This document shows, piece after piece, positions 49,249 through 61,864 of a stretch of DNA of 64,000 nt; within the stretch, counting starts at the first letter, position 1; each line of letters starts with the position of its first letter. This stretch comes from Diadema antillarum (lineage: Eukaryota), in NCBI RefSeq assembly GCF_040938485.1, contig NW_027271899.1, positions 620,001 through 684,000 on the forward strand, read 5' to 3'. A model generated the notes under the pieces. It saw nothing but the letters and a program-made list of their open reading frames with translations. It ran no database searches and had not been told where the DNA came from. The translations under genes and the position numbers were made by a program.

Positions 49249-51781
49249 CATATACTGATGCTTCGTAATAGACAAACATTGAAGCAAATTTTTTTCGGGG
49301 AGGGGGTACTAAAATCATTTATATCACATATGTACAAAAACAGTAGCCAACAACATTTTAAGAAAGGGAAGTAGTTTTTGCAAGAGTGATCCTTATCAGA
49401 TTTTGTAGCACGATCTCGCAAAAGTGAATAATCTGGAATAAAAAAAGAGAATCTAGAAAGGAAGGAGTTTTTTTTTCCATGGCAGATTACTCCCTGTATT
49501 TCAACTGAAACAATTGACATACAACTCAGAGAAATTATATCATCTTTTTATTTCCTTTCATTCACTGCTACAAGATTGGGACATGCTTTTTCTCCATTTC
49601 TGGTTCATATAACTGCATTGTGTCTGACAGATCACCAAAATAATATACAGCAGTATGTAAAAGGTTCTGACGATGTGACTTTGTGTGCTGCTCAAAGTCA
49701 CACTAGCACAAGAGCCCGATAGTGAGATTACTAACCGTCACCCTATATCAGTGATCTTTCTCTTTTCTGACACAAAGCAAAACCAAAAGAACACTATCAT
49801 CTTGTAATTACATCTCACCATTGGCATTGCAGATATGTAAGGATGGGTTGATCAACTAATTGATCAATATGTATATCAATTTCATATGTTGCTTCCTAAT
49901 ATGAGACATATTCATTTGCCATGGGTTATTGGATAGGGTTTGCTAGGCAGTAATTCAAGGTTCTGTATCACCAGAGGCTGAACTCATTTACACAGTACAG
50001 AGAAGGGCACTAGCTACAAGCGCTAATGATCACTCAATCAACTGCAAGCATTCCCCCACCAAATATTACATTTGAACTTCTGTACATCAATAAACTTGTT
50101 CAACTTCCATTGATCCATGAGTCACATAGACTCAGCTTCCTCACTTTGCTTCCATGAAGACAAGCGGCAACATATCACTATTCATATCTGTATTTCCAGT
50201 CATAGCATTCCTCCCACTCAATGAGCTGTCACTGTTACCCTAACCACACATTTCCCTTTGCCACAAACACATACAAATATACATTCAATACAGGGCCACA
50301 AACAACAAGAACAACATTGAACAGTGCATCACCCTTAAAGTACGGTAATCAATTTTATGTTAAGGAAACAAAAACACACACCACACAACAAAATGAAATC
50401 AGTGCGGGAGGAAGAGAGCGCTTCCTCCCTCGGCCTTTGCAAGCGCGAGGAACGGAGCTGACCCCTCCATGCATCCTGTCATGATTCTCATCACGTTTCC
50501 TGCATGACGGAATGCTGTACTACAGCTTGTAACACTGCAAGTGACGATGGTAGTGGTATGAGAGGTACTGGTAATCGTGGAAACTGAACCAAATGCCTAA
50601 TCACCTTGCACAGGCTGGGCAGCAGGTATTTTTGCCAATATGACATGAACACCTTTTTTGTGTGCGAGTTCTAGTGCATATTCAAGTACAATACCAACTT
50701 TTGTGTCCCTGCATTGTAAACTATAGTATAAATACAGATGCACTTGAATATTGTCCCCCCCCCCCACCCTCCCCCCCAAAAAACAAAAACAGTAAAACAA
50801 ACACCACAACAACAAACAAACACAACAACAGCAAACAAACAACATAAATTTGAGCTTCATGATATTTTTTTTTATTTCTTTTTTTTTACTAAAAGTGAAT
50901 TCAAGGATTTGGTCCTTTATAGACCTGGTTGAGGCTGGAGTAAGTTATTGTTTCTTTGCACTCATACCTGCTTTCCACAGCACAAAGAATATTTGACAAG
51001 GATCTGTGTTAACCTGTGTGTTTGACATGTTCGTGAATCTGATTAGCCACTCTATAAAGGCCAAATCAGAAAAATACCTTTAAGGTAGCAAAGATTCAAA
51101 CTATCTAAACACTGATGAAACTTTTGAATTTCAGAATCTTATATTAAATACTTCTATACGTGGTAGATTGTGACTTTAGACTTAGAAAGTTGGGTCTGCA
51201 TGAAAACAAACAAACAAACAAACAGAGAAAAGGCCACTGACATTAAAATTACAAGGGTAAAGCAAGACAAAAAGGGTCAAAGCTACCTGTACTGCAAACT
51301 AATTTGTATTCAGCATCTGCAGAATCAATCTGGTGGTCTAAGGTTTTTTAAGCAAAGAGTTAAATTGCACGGAACCTGAAATCCGGTTTCATAAAGGAAG
51401 TACAGCTCAAAAACTTTGTTTAACACACCTCAGCTCACTTTACTGTGGATTTGTATTGGTACCATCAAAGTTGCCACAGGTTCCTCTCCAGTTCTTTTTG
51501 ATGCACAACTAATACTGACTTCCATTTTTGTACACACATACATCACGCATACATACACACTAAACATTATGCTAAATGCCAGCATACCTATGCAAACTCC
51601 CATGAAAATTGCAGAATAATTTCATCAAAAAAAGTGAATACTGAAGCAATCTAACTTACAGAAATGCATTATTACTCAAACAGTGGATGAACTGTCTTAT
51701 ATGTAATGTTTGTATTTAGGGTAACCCCTTAGGGAACTGCCCCCCCCCCCCCCACGAAGGTTACATTCAAAAGGGACTCAC

Positions 51782-51881
51782 TTTCCATTGGGGCTGTATT
51801 TGACGCTCTCCACTCGTCCATTGAAGTTGAAATGATGCAGGACGGACTTGCTAATAAGGCTACACAAGAGGGCTTCTCCTT
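51782..51881 (-). CDS. PWP2: PWP2 exon 4 (GEALLCSLISKSVLHHFNFNGRVESVKYSPNG)
   Basis: Bounded by ttcacag| and |gtgagt, 100 nt, conserved SVLHHF motif. Confidence 0.95.
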
Positions 51882-52597
51882 CTGTGAAATGAAATATGAA
51901 CATGATCAAGGATAGACATTCATTCACTGAATCACGCGAGAATTCTGCTGTAGAAAGTGTCATCCCATCACCTGCAAATTTCACAAGATACCTTCATTTG
52001 GAGAAATATTACAAGGAACAGGCTAAACACATTAAAATCTGCAAATGATTAAAAAAAAAAGGTTTACAAAAATTAGCTCATTTGCAAGAGAATTAGGAAC
52101 AGTAATCTTTTGAACTAAGAAAGGATCATTCAAAGTCTAATGGCAAATGGCTTTTGAAATTCTGTCACCGAAACAAGCACTCACGCATGAGCTAAAAAGG
52201 CCTTGAACAAAAGAGGAGCTTTCACTCTCTCCCTGAAGAAAGGCTTACAATGAGTAGCAGAGATCAAAATAAAAAGCACCAAACCACACAAGTGTGGCTT
52301 CTGGGACTTTACGGGTCAAACATCACGTGCAGTCATTGAAGCAATATTCAGTGCACACAGATAGTATGGCAGCGTTAGTACAAACACATATTGTACCGGT
52401 AATCACAATACACCAAAAGCCTTGAAGTTACAGTAAAACTGGAACAAAATTTCAAATTTTTCCATCACTTTGAAATGTTCTTTGCATTTTCTAAGCTTTC
52501 TAAACAAGTGAAATGTGTGGGACTCTGTAGTAAGAATGATCAACTTGCATTTTAAGCTAAACTTATGTCTCTATTGAGGACATAGGCTTGAATATTA

Positions 52598-52636
<39 letters not shown>
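52598..52636. repeat. (TA)n microsatellite
   Basis: Direct reading. Confidence 0.95.
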
Positions 52637-52659
<23 letters not shown>

Positions 52660-53023
52660 GCAAGAGCGTGGAATCCTATACTTCTATAAAAAAAAACATT
52701 TCTAAAGACTTTTCTTTCTAAAGATTGAAAGTTTCACAAAATTATGTTGATTTGATAATTATAATGAAACAGTTGTTTAGATTTTTTTATTTCTTATTGT
52801 GCCTCTTAATGAAATTTGTATTTTTTTCCATATTGGGTAATGACTTTTATGTAAACTGTGATATTAATGTAGCGGTACTGTCTCGGGTGCACCAGATGGG
52901 TTGGGGAAGATGGCCTGAGAGCCCAAGTCATTTAGGTGGCTCTTTCCAGACCCGAGCTGCCTAACCTTGTACATCCGTAACTCCTCATTGTATGTCCTGA
53001 CTTTGTATTATGTAATTTTAATA

Positions 53024-53322
53024 NNNNNNNNNNNNNNNNNNNNNNNNNNNNNNNNNNNNNNNNNNNNNNNNNNNNNNNNNNNNNNNNNNNNNNNNNNNNN
53101 NNNNNNNNNNNNNNNNNNNNNNNNNNNNNNNNNNNNNNNNNNNNNNNNNNNNNATTATATAATTAATGAGATATCTNNNNNNNNNNNNNNNNNNNNNNNN
53201 NNNNNNNNNNNNNNNNNNNNNNNNNNNNNNNNNNNNNNNNNNNNNNNNNNNNNNNNNNNNNNNNNNNNNNNNNNNNNNNNNNNNNNNNNNNNNNNNNNNN
53301 NNNNNNNNNNNNNNNNNNNNNN
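53024..53322. other. Two assembly gaps (53024-53153 and 53177-53322) in PWP2 intron 3
   Basis: Runs of N. Confidence 1.
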
Positions 53323-53334
53323 AGATGAACAAAC

Positions 53335-53429
53335 CTGTATCCACAAGAACAGCTGTATGTCCATCTGGTGAGAGGGCCACACAGGCGATGTTCCGCTTCA
53401 ACTCTATGTCGAATGTTTCGGACTTGTTG
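53335..53429 (-). CDS. PWP2: PWP2 exon 3 (NKSETFDIELKRNIACVALSPDGHTAVLVDT)
   Basis: Bounded by ctcag| and |gtttgt, 95 nt, phases compatible with both neighbours, WD40 LSPDG motif. Confidence 0.93.
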
Positions 53430-55023
53430 CTGAGCAGAAGAAAACAAAATTACAAAATAATCCTCAGAAAAATTAACCAGTGTTACTCAAAGAGAATTCC
53501 ATCCTGATGAAGTTACAGGTATCTACAATTCTAAAAAGTGATGCATATTTAGAATTAACATCAAAATCTGAGTAGAATTGTAGAAATGGTAAAGAATCTA
53601 TTGAAATCACCTGATTAGATTAAATGGGAAGCTGAATTTGCATTATTCCTTTACTGACTGTAAGATGGGTAATTGCATGAAACTACTTTGTGCACATTAC
53701 CTCAAATGCACACTTCCTTATGTGCACTAACTGACTAACATAGAGTATTGTTTGATTTCTATGAAAGAAATACCTCTGTCCACTTCAGAGCTCTTGACAA
53801 ATGGAATGACCATTATTATCATAAGCTGAGTATCTATCGGCCACTTACATTTTTCTTCACAAAATGTGACATATGAGAAACTTCTGCACATAATAAAACA
53901 AATACGGTCTCAAATGCAAGAGTAATACCATGGTATAAGAACTGCAATGACCATTGCAACACATATGCAGTATGCAGATGATGCCATTTCATATGGCTAT
54001 AATCTAAACTGTACACTTTTCCTGAATCCAAACTTTCAACTGATGTCCAAGCTTTTTAATACTGCTTATTCTAATCACAACAACTGTTATCACTAGGTAT
54101 AATTATCATACAAATGTACATAAGCAACTAACATCACACAGTGATATAGAAACTAAACGTACAAGTTGTTTTACAAAAATACAACCCTCTTTAAAAGTCA
54201 CACAGATGAATAAACATGGTCTACTATCAGGTATGTTTGAACAAATTAAAGCCTACTGCATAATTTCCTGTGTATGGGAATTGGGACTGTAAAACAATTT
54301 TGTGAGTGGCTGAATTCATGATCAAAATCCTCATACATGGTCCGATGGAATGAGAAAGAAGATTCAGTCCTTTTCCAATCCTGGAAGTGAAACATATGAT
54401 GCACAGCAATATACAAGGAATTTGTGTCATGACAGGCAATATTTTTGCAAGTTGTTAATTTTGCAATTATATCTGATCAGTCAACTGGATCTGATCAGTC
54501 AACTGGCAAATTTTCAACAATAAAACTATGAAATGTACCGAGTTTACAGCACACCAGACATGAGCATTATCTTAGTTTTTGTTGTTGTTATTGTTTGGAA
54601 ATTACAAGTTTGAACAATTGACAGGAGATAAAAATCTAATGTTGAAGTAGGAATGAGCATTGTAGAGTATCCTACTATAACCGGAGGGCCAAACCCCAAA
54701 AACTCGCTTACTTAACGAGTGAGTTCCACTCTCTCTACAAACTAAGTAGACCATGCTTATTTTCAAGTTTTTATAGTAAGTCATTGCTTTCCACTGTTTC
54801 TCCATTAATTCCCATGAGTACATGCTTGGAACCAGGTGTACAAAATCAAACTCAACAGTGATTTGGATCATGCATCATATGATACTGTTACTTTGTCAAT
54901 TTAAAGATAAACATTGCTCCAGATGGCTTAGAAAGAAAGATGATGATAACCAAAAGCAGCGTTCACACAAGTGAAATGCATTTTTAATAATGCACATGAC
55001 TAGAATAAGTAGGCCATGTAGTA

Positions 55024-55257
55024 CTGTATAAGCTGTTATTTTCGCGAGAGTTTAAATTTCACAATTTCGCAAATCATTGTTGGACCGCGAAATTAACACC
55101 ACGCAGAAATGTCGCCATGCACAAGGGTGATAGTGCACTTAAGATAGCCTTGTGCAGGTGCCAATTCACGAAAAACAACATCTCATAAAAATGTCTGTGA
55201 CCCCCTCACCTGTCAACATACGTGGAATTTTGTATGCAAAAATGATGGCTTATACAG
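55024..55257. mobile_element. Tc1/mariner-like MITE
   Basis: TIR CTGTATAAGC..T.ATTTT, left flank TA. Confidence 0.68.
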
Positions 55258-55309
55258 TTGTTGCAGTTGCGTTTACACAAGTTTGATGTTTTCCTTTCAA
55301 CGCACTTAC

Positions 55310-55422
55310 TTCTTCAGGTCAAATCTTGTCACTCGGTTGCCAACAGGACTGATGACACTGTCTCCGTCATTGGTAAAAGTCAGGTTCCCTCGCCGGTAGA
55401 CAGACCCCAACAGGTTTGAAAA
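55310..55422 (-). CDS. PWP2: PWP2 exon 2 (FSNLLGSVYRRGNLTFTNDGDSVISPVGNRVTRFDLK)
   Basis: Bounded by cttgcag| and |gtaagt, 113 nt, near-identical to the PWP2 N-terminal motif. Confidence 0.97.
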
Positions 55423-55503
55423 CTGCAAGTTCCATTTGTGAAGGAATGACAAATGTATACTCAACAATAAATCTGGATATGGTTACACAAGTTTTAGTTA
55501 ACT

Positions 55504-55663
55504 CAGTGGCGGATCCAGAGGGGGGCGCATCAGGCGCACGCTCCCTCTTTATTTTTTGCTAAAACAAAAGAAATAAAAAGAAAAAAATGGGGGGGGGGCA
55601 CATGCGCCCCCCTAAATTTTGTAAAGGCGCCTCCCCTTTACAGAATTCCTGGATCCAACCCTG
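55504..55663. mobile_element. hAT-like MITE (CAGTGGCGGATCCAG / CTGGATCCAACCCTG)
   Basis: Imperfect 15-bp TIR and a 5-bp flanking direct repeat TAACT. Confidence 0.62.
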
Positions 55664-58192
55664 TAACTGATATGTTGTTATAGACAATAAGGCATCAAAC
55701 CATTATAATTAAATATATATACATATTAGACAAACCTGTGTATAGCAGCCATCCTAGGGAGACATAAAAAGTGGCCACTACAGACAAGGTCTTTAACATT
55801 AGTGGTACTTTTTCTCTACGGAGGAATCATTTTAACAGTGGTTTGCAATATCTCAGTGCTAGGATACTTGAATACAGCATCAGACTGTCATTTTCAACAT
55901 CAATTATGTCAAATGCAGACCTACCAAGTCTCACGCCTATGGCATGAGCCTCACTCCCCAGTTATCCATCTCATACTCATCATTTCCTCACACCTCCCAG
56001 GAAGATGAAGAAAAAAGGAAAAAAAGTGGCAGGTAGATCAACAATAAACATCGCTTGGATATAAGCCTGCTTGTATGCTTAACTGAGTCATGTAATATTT
56101 TTCATCATTCTTTTTGTTGGCTAGAGAAGGATTTTATATGGCTGTATCTTACAGCTACAGTGTTGATCTTCCTTTCCACACATCCAAATAGGTTTTTATT
56201 TTTTAAATGAATAATCCAAAAACTGAAAGAGGTCTAAAAATTCTGCCATCTATCTGTACTATACTTGCCATCTATCTGTACTATACTAAGCAATGTCAGT
56301 CATAGATACATTTTACTTAGATTTCTAGACTCATTTACCTTTGACCAGAATTTAGACAAAAATGCTCAAAATGATGTCTTGTAGGACCATCTTCTATAAA
56401 AAAATAGAGAAAATTATGCCACTAAACTTGTCTCTTCAAATATACAGTAGTGTGCACCAAATTGCACATTAATATTTCTAACTGAAATATGAAAAAGTTC
56501 AATGGGGGGGGGGGAGCATCCATTTCAACACTGCCTCCCTTCAGTTGTTTTGCTAAATTGCAGTTTCTCACTCCCAGCCAGTTGAGAAACTTGGCATCAA
56601 TGCAAATGTAGGTTTACTTTCCTAATTAAAATCACCAGGATGACATGGATGCGTGATGAAAAGGAAAAGTATTTCAAGATGACCTAGATTACTACATAAC
56701 ATTAGATGAATAGGGTAGACAGAAAAATCTGTCTGTCTGGAGGAGACCTACATGTAGTCTCCGAGGAACATATCCCCGATGACAAGAATAAGATAATTTA
56801 CAGACCGATCTTTCGGTCAAATGTCAATAACTGATGGTAGGGTATCCCCTCATTTACCAGGGATACACTAACATTAACAATATTAAACATTTATAGAGAA
56901 AATGTAAGAATATTGCACAGTGCACATGCCTATACTAATATAGTGATAGTTAAGTTGCCTCTCTGTCTACATTCCAGGTGAATTGATCTAGATATCTAGT
57001 GTGGTCTTCGATAGTCCAGAGACTCTCTACTCTCTAGACTAAACAAAAATGCTTGATTGTGAAGCCCACACACTTAAACCAAGGAGGTTTAATACATTGG
57101 AGTTCCAACTGGCTGCAATTATTCAGTTGTCAGATTTCTATTGATGTACAAAAGATTCCACAGGTGCACTTGTGCCTTTGATGATCGATAGTCCAACTTC
57201 CAAGCCGCCGTCTTGCTGAGCAATCTGAAGATTCATTTTGAACGTTATCATAATGTTGGCCATATTTTGCTTATTTATTTATTAAATGAAATTAAATTTA
57301 ACGTAATGATAAAGCATGTAAAACAAAAGTCAATTCCGTCCAGAAATTTGCGCAGAAGTGTAAGTCAGAGCTGTATCATGTGCAAATGTTTAAAACTGTA
57401 CCATCCTGGAAAGCTGCTTTTATCACTTTTCCGCTTAATTTCCACAAATGAAACTAATATGGAATAATCTTCAAGTATAATTCTTTATTGATAGATATAT
57501 CAGATTATTGCCCGGGTATGCCCAGTCGAGTAATTTTCATCTTTATTTCAGCATTTTTTGCTCAATTTCTATTCGCACATCATCGTGTCTGTACCACCTA
57601 CCTTTTTGTAAGAAGGGATAGCGAAAAGTAATTACCATCACAAAGACATATCTTCCTTTGAAAGTGGCTGGTGATTATGCAATGAGACAAAAGTCAATTG
57701 TCTTCCTATCTGAGCGGCAGATCCAGTTTGCCACATGCTTCAAATATTTTTGAGCGGCAGTTTCAAACATCTAGCAAAGGAAATAAGATGATTAATCGCG
57801 GTCGTGACTCCATTCTCTAGAACCTCCTTGCTTTATAACTCACAATGGTCAACACAAGTCTCTCACTGTCACTGCCCAGTCGAGTCAGACAGAGCCGGTT
57901 GTGGCCATGCGGTTGCCCTGTAGAAACCCATGGTAACAAACTGGTAATAATTTTACTAACGTTTATCACGAATAACTTTAATTTTTATCAGATGTAGCTT
58001 CCAAGGAGCTGCGATTGGTATTATTGCAACAACTAACAAGATTTAACAAGTAAAATTAACATCGCATAACGGACCGTTGTAAAAACAACAAAATAATGAG
58101 CACGTGGGACTACAATGCTACCGTGAAACACGAATGTAATGTCCCGTTTGGTGTACATACCACAGCACTGGAACCCCTAGTTCGTTACTCAC

Positions 58193-58210
58193 CTTATACG
58201 AAAATTTCAT
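58193..58210 (-). CDS. PWP2: PWP2 coding exon 1 (MKFSYK)
   Basis: Minus strand reads ATG AAA TTT TCG TAT AAG|gtgagt. It matches the PWP2 N-terminus (human MKFAYR) and is phase 0 to exon 2. Confidence 0.9.
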
Positions 58211-58599
58211 ATTGTGATTCTTTTAATATTCTGTCCCTCCCAAGGTATGACAGATGTTCCACTTTCATCGACGAGGAGAATAGATAAGGTCTTCGGGTTT
58301 CGCAAACTTGTCATACACACAGATGTACAGGTGGGACATAGACCACATGGTAGCATGTGTTATGTGTTTATAAACCTCACGTGTACTGTGTGTACGTGTG
58401 TGTAGGTGATATACTAGTACTGTAGCTAGGCTTCTACCAGTACATTATTGCTATAGACTTCTACATTCTGTACTACAAGCGCAGCATGCTTGCGACGGCA
58501 GTTCGCATACTGCTGGTTGTAAAATCATTTTTATCAAAATCGAGGCTATTAGTATAGGCAATTTAAGAATAGCCCTTTGACCCCACTGAAAGACAATTA

Positions 58600-58860
58600 A
58601 GGGTGTAAATTGGAAAATAAGACTTTTAAATTCTACTAGGGGTAACTTTTGCCTACATGTAAGTCCGTTCTATATGAATTGAACTTCCCTCCAATTGAAA
58701 GATTGAACAAACTCCGAATTTTGAATAAACTCTGAGACGAAAAAGACTTTCATTGATAGGGAAAATAGCTGTTATCAAAGCGTTATTGTTACCAAAGCAC
58801 TTGTTCTTATTTACACCTTTGTGTAGACCTACTGATATTTTTAAAAAAACCCAAACAAAC
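58600..58860 (+). pseudogene. Decayed L1/Tx1-type LINE ORF2 fragment, left part
   Basis: Frameshifted translation resembles W...FKLLGVTF and RRKRLSLIGKIAVIKALLLPK..FLF. Interrupted by the Gypsy insertion. Confidence 0.7.
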
Positions 58861-59086
58861 TGTCTTGGCATTTATATGCCTTTAATTGGGAAGGAGGATT
58901 CTTAGTAATGAGGAGACATTGTAGAGTTGATGTGAACTGTGTGAGTGCCTTTATTCAACTGGTTCTTCCAGTGTGTCCTTTGCACATGGGGCATATCATG
59001 TTACATCCAGCTTCAGCTGGCAGGTTAGTCTTTGCTCAAGACTTATCATCGCAAAGACTTCTCAAACATATATGTATATCAACACA
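58861..59086 (-). repeat. 3' LTR (226 bp)
   Basis: Direct repeat of 61865-62090 with no differences seen by eye. On the minus strand it is preceded by the PPT. Confidence 0.96.
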
Positions 59087-59098
59087 TCTCCCTTTCTT
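59087..59098 (-). other. Polypurine tract AAGAAAGGGAGA
   Basis: Purine run directly abutting the TG of the 3' LTR. Confidence 0.88.
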
Positions 59099-59448
59099 TA
59101 AAAGGAGATAACATTGTTATCGACTATTTACATACACATGACAACCTCTCAGAGTTTACTTTAACTCTTTTGACTTTCATGCATGTGCGTTTCAAACATC
59201 CAAAATCTTTGCTGTAGTTTCATAACTGAGTTCTTTGAGTTCAATGTTTAGAGTTCATATGCGACAACCGGGTTTCACTGCTTCTTAGTGCGCGTATTTA
59301 ATCTTTCGCGTATTTTAACTAAATCCTGTCTTTACATTATCATTAGAGTCCATCATGTTTCAACTATTAACTCTAACAAATTTGCGAAAAGTTCTTCTCG
59401 AGCGGTCTTAATAATTCGCGAAAAGTTCTTCCTCTCTAGTTTCACTAT

Positions 59449-61527
59449 TTACAAATCTAAGCGGATGGGAGGCTTCACGATGCGTCCACTTCGGGTAGAT
59501 TTCACAGACGTCGCGTTTCGTGTAGTCTCGTCTACCATCGGGGCGTTGACGTTGTCGTCGTCGTCATCGTACCTCTGCGCTGGTTGTCGCTCGTCTTGGC
59601 CTCGTCTAGGATCAGGTCGAAGATGACGCCTATTTCTGCGACGAATCTCGCCAGTCTCTGTCTGGACCAGGTACGACCGATGTGGTAGTGTTTTCTTGAT
59701 GACACCACCTTGTGACCATCTGCCAGTATTCATGTCTTGGAGTTTGACATGATCTCCTACTTTCAGGTGGGGTAGGTCACGAGCATGTTTGTCGAAATGC
59801 TCCTTTTGCTTCTGTTTCTGCCCTTCTTTCCTTTCCTTCACCGAGCGAGCATTGATGTGCTGGGGGTCAAGTAGTTTTTCGGCTATAGGCAGATTTGTTC
59901 TGATTCGCCTGTTGAAGAGCAGTTCTGCTGGCGATTTTCCACATTCTAGTGGTGAGCTCCTGTAGACCTGTAGAGCTCGAAGGACTTCTTGTCCGCTGTG
60001 CTTGGACTTCCGCATCAAGTTTTTTACAATCTTGACGGCATTCTCTGCTTGTCCGTTCGACTGCGGGTGATATGGACTTGTGGTCGTATGGCGAAAGTCC
60101 CATTCTGCTGTGAATTGTTGGAACTCACGACTTGAGAACTGTGGTCCATTGTCTGTGATGAGTTCACACGGAGTTCCGTGGCGGGCGAATACAGCTTTCA
60201 TACTGTTGATCACTGCTCTACTTGTTGTGGTCGACAGTGAACACAGTTCTATGTACTGTGAAAAATAATCCACAATCACCAGGTACTCCTTGTTGTCCAG
60301 CGTAAGCAGATCTGCGGCCACCTTTTGCCATGGTCTATCGGGTACCATGTGAGGTTGAAGGCTCTCTTTCTGCTGTTTTGGCTGGTACGTGAGGCAGGCA
60401 TTGCAGTTTTGCACCATTTCTGCTACATCGTGGTTGATCCGGGGCCAGTACAGGACATCTCTTGCACGTCTCTTGCACTTTTCAATTCCCAAATGCCCTT
60501 CGTGGATCTTTTGCAGCATCTCACGTCTCATTGTAGCTGGTACAACAATCTTACTTCCTTTGAAGATGATGCCTTGTGCCTCTGACAGTTCACTTCTGAT
60601 GTTCCAGTATTCTCTGACTGAGACTGGACACTGTTGTTTTCTCTCTGGCCATCCATCTCTGATGACAGCTAAGAGTTCTTGTAGTGCTGTGTCTTTCTTT
60701 GTCTCATCTACAAACTGGCTTCGTTTGTTTGACGTGACTGGCATGTTCATCACGACAGCATCTACATAGACTTTGATGTCTTCCTCTCTCATGACATCTG
60801 GTTTTGACTCTGGGTCGACTGCTCTGGAGAGGGTATCCGCTGTGTACATGTACTTCCCTGGTGTGTATGACACTTTCAAGTCATACCTTTGAACTCTGAT
60901 TAGGAGTCGCTGGATGCGCAGGGGACAGTCACACAGGGGCTTGACGAACAGGGGTATTAGCGGCTTGTGATCCGTCTCTACCTCAACCTGTCGTCCATAT
61001 ATGTACTGGTGAAATCTTTCACATGAGTACGTGATAGCTAGCAGTTCTTTCTCGATCTGCGCGTATCTTGTCTCTGCATCAGTCATGGCTCTAGATGCAT
61101 ACGCTATGGGGACCCAATCTTGGTCATGCTTCTGAAGCAACACTGCTCCGAGCCCATTCTTTGATGCATCAGCTGACAGCTTGGTTGGTTTTGCACAGTC
61201 GTAGAAATGCAGCACTGGCTCTGTTGTCAAGGCTTTTTTCAGCTCTTGCCATGCATGTTCCTGTGCATCGGTCCACACCCACTCATTCCTTTTCTCTAAA
61301 AGGCTCCTGAGGGGCTCTGATTTGGTTGACAAGTCAGCGATGAACTTTCCTTGGTAGTTGATCATGCCGAGGAATCTCTGGACATCCTGCTTGCACTGTG
61401 GTCTTTCCATGTTCTGTATGGCTGCCACTTTCTTGGGGTCAGGCTGAACTCCTTGATCACTGATGACATCTCCGATGAATGTCAGCTTGTTGACACGGAA
61501 CTCACATTTTTCTCGGTTGAGTTTCAA
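59449..61527 (-). CDS. Gypsy pol remnant: RT C-terminus, RNase H and complete integrase (692 aa open frame, no native start)
   Basis: RNase H motifs ADAS, EKELLA and ETDHKPL. Integrase HHCC zinc finger (HEGH...CNAC) and DDE triad (AADL, TDNGPQF, QAENAV). C-terminal TRSGRIVKPPIRL. Confidence 0.95.
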   Translation of the reverse strand: MKLNREKCEFRVNKLTFIGDVISDQGVQPDPKKVAAIQNMERPQCKQDVQRFLGMINYQGKFIADLSTKSEPLRSLLEKRNEWVWTDAQEHAWQELKKALTTEPVLHFYDCAKPTKLSADASKNGLGAVLLQKHDQDWVPIAYASRAMTDAETRYAQIEKELLAITYSCERFHQYIYGRQVEVETDHKPLIPLFVKPLCDCPLRIQRLLIRVQRYDLKVSYTPGKYMYTADTLSRAVDPESKPDVMREEDIKVYVDAVVMNMPVTSNKRSQFVDETKKDTALQELLAVIRDGWPERKQQCPVSVREYWNIRSELSEAQGIIFKGSKIVVPATMRREMLQKIHEGHLGIEKCKRRARDVLYWPRINHDVAEMVQNCNACLTYQPKQQKESLQPHMVPDRPWQKVAADLLTLDNKEYLVIVDYFSQYIELCSLSTTTSRAVINSMKAVFARHGTPCELITDNGPQFSSREFQQFTAEWDFRHTTTSPYHPQSNGQAENAVKIVKNLMRKSKHSGQEVLRALQVYRSSPLECGKSPAELLFNRRIRTNLPIAEKLLDPQHINARSVKERKEGQKQKQKEHFDKHARDLPHLKVGDHVKLQDMNTGRWSQGGVIKKTLPHRSYLVQTETGEIRRRNRRHLRPDPRRGQDERQPAQRYDDDDDNVNAPMVDETTRNATSVKSTRSGRIVKPPIRLDL

Positions 61528-61848
61528 GTTGTTCTTTCTCGCTGTCTCTAGAACTTCTGTTCCTAGCTGCCACAGTGCTGATGCAGGTCATTGGACACAC
61601 AATACAGTCATGCACATTCAGGTACGAGTATGTCATACACACACACACACATGCTGGGCTAGTACATCTCAACACACTGCTGCTTGGCTACTGTACTGCA
61701 TGCTAATGTACACATAGCTCCATGCATCCTCCACTCTTTCAAATGAAACGGTCTAGCCTGTTTCTTGCGTGGATTATTCCTTGTCCTAGTCCCTTCTGTA
61801 CTTCAGAATGATGTAGACAGTTGACTGACACCATGACTTGGACAGTTG

Positions 61849-61864
61849 AACCACTCTGACACCA
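61849..61864 (-). other. Primer-binding site TGGTGTCAGAGTGGTT, tRNA-Leu-like
   Basis: Lies immediately inside the 5' LTR. Resembles the complement of the tRNA-Leu(CAG/CAA) 3' end (TGGTGTCAGAAGTGGG) with a 1-nt gap. Confidence 0.7.

Noticed and set aside
52865-53023. Possible retroelement 3' end with a small hairpin
   Set aside because: It is truncated by an assembly gap and cannot be classified.
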